Assembly (NCBI GenBank): GCA_965603825.1
Contig: CBFDEM010000018.1
Span: 310,001 to 374,000, forward strand
Direction: 5' to 3'
Origin: Blepharisma stoltei ATCC 30299
Lineage: Eukaryota > Protista > Ciliophora
Length of the DNA: 64,000 nt
A program made the translations under genes and the position numbers. Shown piece after piece: positions 61,592 through 64,000 of the stretch. Numbering within the stretch: the first letter of the stretch is position 1; each line of letters begins with the position of its first letter. The notes under the pieces are model-generated. The model saw only the letters and a program-made list of their open reading frames with translations, was not told the origin of the DNA and searched no databases.

Positions 61592-62986
61592 ATGGGAAGA
61601 CATCCATCTGTAGTGGAAAGGGCTTTAGAAGATATAGGATGGAGCAAATATCATAACAAGCTATTCTTCAACTGTAGTTTTGTACGTTTTATTTAGGGAT
61701 GGGGTTGTGCGCTTATGTGGCTAAGCACAGTTTCAAATATTTTAACAGAAAATAAAGATTTTGATGTATTTGATAAGGCGATTTTAGGAGCAGCTATCAA
61801 CTTTGGGGCTTTTATAGGGTGCTTTGTCTTTTCCAGCTTATCTGATCATTATGGAAGGAGTTTTATCTTCAAAAAAATAACAATCGTCACTTGTGTCAGC
61901 TCAATTATTCTTGTTGTGTCGTGAAATTTTTTAACAACCTTATTAGCTGTAATATTTCTTGGTCTTGGAATTGGAGGCGATCTTTCTACTCCTCCATCTG
62001 TCATGATTGAAAGCATTCCTCCAAGTTATCGAAAAAGAGTCGTCTTAATGAATATGGGCTATTGTATAGGGCCTATGATAAGCCAGCTCATAGCGCTTGC
62101 TATAACTCTTTGATGGAGTTTTCCAATAGAAAAATGGAGAGCCTTAGCTGGAGCTATAGCTATCATAACAGTAATTATTGCTGTCTTTAGAGACGATGTC
62201 ATGGAAAGTCCAATCTATCTCTTTAAACATAGAGACACGGAGTTCATATCAGTCATTGTAAAAATCGCACAAAGTAATAACAGATTAAGCTATGAATATA
62301 AAGCGCCTCTCTTAGTAGCTCAGCATTCCCGACATTCTATGGATGAATCTGAACCTAAAGCTTCTATCAAAGATATATTTAAGAGCCCAAACTTATCTAC
62401 AACACTAATCCTATCAGCCTCACAATTTTTATTTTACTTTGGCTTTGTAGGATGTCTGCTTTCATTTCCTCAAATATTGGCTTCAAAGTCTATGGAAACA
62501 ACTTACATAGTCTTAATTTCCCAACAACTCTCAGGATTGCTAGGGCTGATTTTAGCATCAAAAATGGTCGATTCCTGCTTTGGGAGAAAATGGACTATAA
62601 GTGTAGGATTCTTTTTCTGCGGTATGATGGCATTTCTATTTATATTTGCAGAAAATTTTTATGTTGTAAGAATTATATAGTCAATAGTATTTTCCATGCT
62701 GATTTACTTTGGGTTGCTGATGGGAATTGCGTCTAAAAACTTAATAACTCCAGAAAGCTATAAAGAAGATTTAAGAGGTGCTGGAGTTGGATTTGTGATG
62801 GCAGTGTCAAGAACAGGTGGAATTTTAGTGCCTATTTGGGCTGGATTAATAACCAGGATTTTTGGATATCAATATACGACAGCTTCATTTGGGGTAATTT
62901 TTATCCTTGCTGGGCTGATAAGTATATTTTTAAAGGAGACAAGAAAAATAAAATTCAAGCTGCCAAATACAATATTAATCTCTTAA
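61592..62986 (+). CDS. MFS transporter (SVOP/sugar-porter-like), paralog 1; two introns
   Basis: ALEDIGW, LSDHYGR, ESIPPSYR, ESP, VDSCFGRK, PESYKEDLRGAG, LKET; introns 61682-61696 and 62666-62680; TGAs at 61922 and 62111. Confidence 0.92.
61682..61696 (+). other. 15-nt intron GTACGTTTTATTTAG
   Basis: Removes an in-frame TAG; same position as the intron in the paralog. Confidence 0.92.
62666..62680 (+). other. 15-nt intron GTAAGAATTATATAG
   Basis: Removes an in-frame TAG and joins the C-terminal MFS helices. Confidence 0.88.
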
Positions 62987-63219
62987 AGACTATTTTTGAT
63001 TATTTTACTATTTTAAAATAATTTCAATATTCAGCTTATATCATGAAATGATTAAAAATGCAATAAATTGTGGAATAATTAACATTTTCAAATTTTGTAA
63101 GAGAAAAATGTCTTATTACTGGTAAGATGCAAAACACAGTAAGCAAAAATTACTCAAGTGACGAGGTTAATTAGTAATAAATTTATTATTATAACTTTAT
63201 TGTTAATAGATTATAATTA

Positions 63220-64000
63220 ATGAAAAGACATACTTCAATAGTCGAGAGAGCATTAGAAGACATCGGATGGGGCTCATACCATAACAAATTATTCTTTAAC
63301 TGCAGCTTTGTACATTTAATTTAGGGATGGGGTTGTGCTCTAATGTGGCTAAGCACCATCTCGAACATTTTAACAGAAAACAAAGAATTCAATGAGCTAG
63401 AAAGGGCAATTTTAGGAGCAGCCATAAATTTAGGCGCATTTGTAGGGTGCTTTGTCTTTGCCAGCTTATCTGATAAGTACGGAAGAACTTATATTTTCAA
63501 AAAAATCACTATAGTCACTTGCATAAGCGCTGTTGTTCTAGTCACATCGTTAAATTTTTTAATGACCCTTATAGGAGTAACATTTCTTGGTCTTGGGATT
63601 GGAGGCGACCTTTCTACTCCTCCGTCAGTCATGATTGAGAGCATTCCTCCAAGCTATCGAAAAAGAGTTGTCTTAATGAACATGGGTTATTGTATAGGAC
63701 CAATGATAAGCCAACTCATTGCACTGGCAATTACTCTTTGGTGGAATTTTCATATAGAAAAATGGAGAGTTTTAGCCGGAGCCGTCACTGTCGTTACACT
63801 CTTAATTGCGTATTTTCGAGATGATGTATTAGAAAGCCCAATATATCTTTATAAAAGAAGAGATACAGAATTTATATCAGTTATTGTCCAAATCGCACAA
63901 AGTAATAACAGGTTGAGCTATGAATTTAAAGCGCCATTACTTATATCAGAGCACCCTCCTGGCACAATAGATGATTTTGGTCACCATGTTTCTATTAAAG
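63220..64000 (+). CDS. MFS transporter paralog 2, 3'-truncated by the window edge
   Basis: Codon-for-codon colinear with 61592.. gene; missing from the ORF track. Confidence 0.9.
63310..63324 (+). other. 15-nt intron GTACATTTAATTTAG
   Basis: Homologous to intron 61682-61696, after codon 30 in both genes. Confidence 0.92.

Overview
This is gene-dense, AT-rich eukaryotic DNA, most likely a heterotrich ciliate macronuclear chromosome (Blepharisma-like). Two properties break the supplied standard-code ORF track. (1) TGA is read as Trp: about 45 in-frame TGAs occur, many at family-conserved Trp positions, one aligns to TGG in an adjacent paralog, and every gene I could complete ends in TAA or TAG. 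(2) Introns are tiny: 15-nt GTA...AG with an invariant A at position 10, plus one 16-nt candidate. Re-reading under these rules gives about 40 genes. They include Sec13, a mitochondrial carrier, QDPR, Sec61-alpha, nocturnin-like EEP, a 4496-aa cytoplasmic dynein heavy chain, a CBM20 protein, an S28 peptidase, proteasome alpha-7, an IQ/DUF4378 protein, ATP-PEPCK, a cullin, HMG-box and PHD/PZP proteins, two EF-hand paralogs, two ODA-docking-complex-like coiled-coil proteins, TTLL1, YggS/PLPBP, a BCAS3/ATG18-like protein, formimidoylglutamase and two MFS paralogs. The code and the intron size are known for this lineage. Less expected are the non-random placement of TGA (absent near stops, nearly absent from housekeeping genes, clustered 5' in TTLL1), a stop-free 15-nt intron inside a Zn-finger motif, an 8-nt intergenic gap, a recurring upstream ATAGTCATT motif and a 4-TM protein with a very large His-rich loop. 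I found no rRNA, tRNA, mobile element or CRISPR array.
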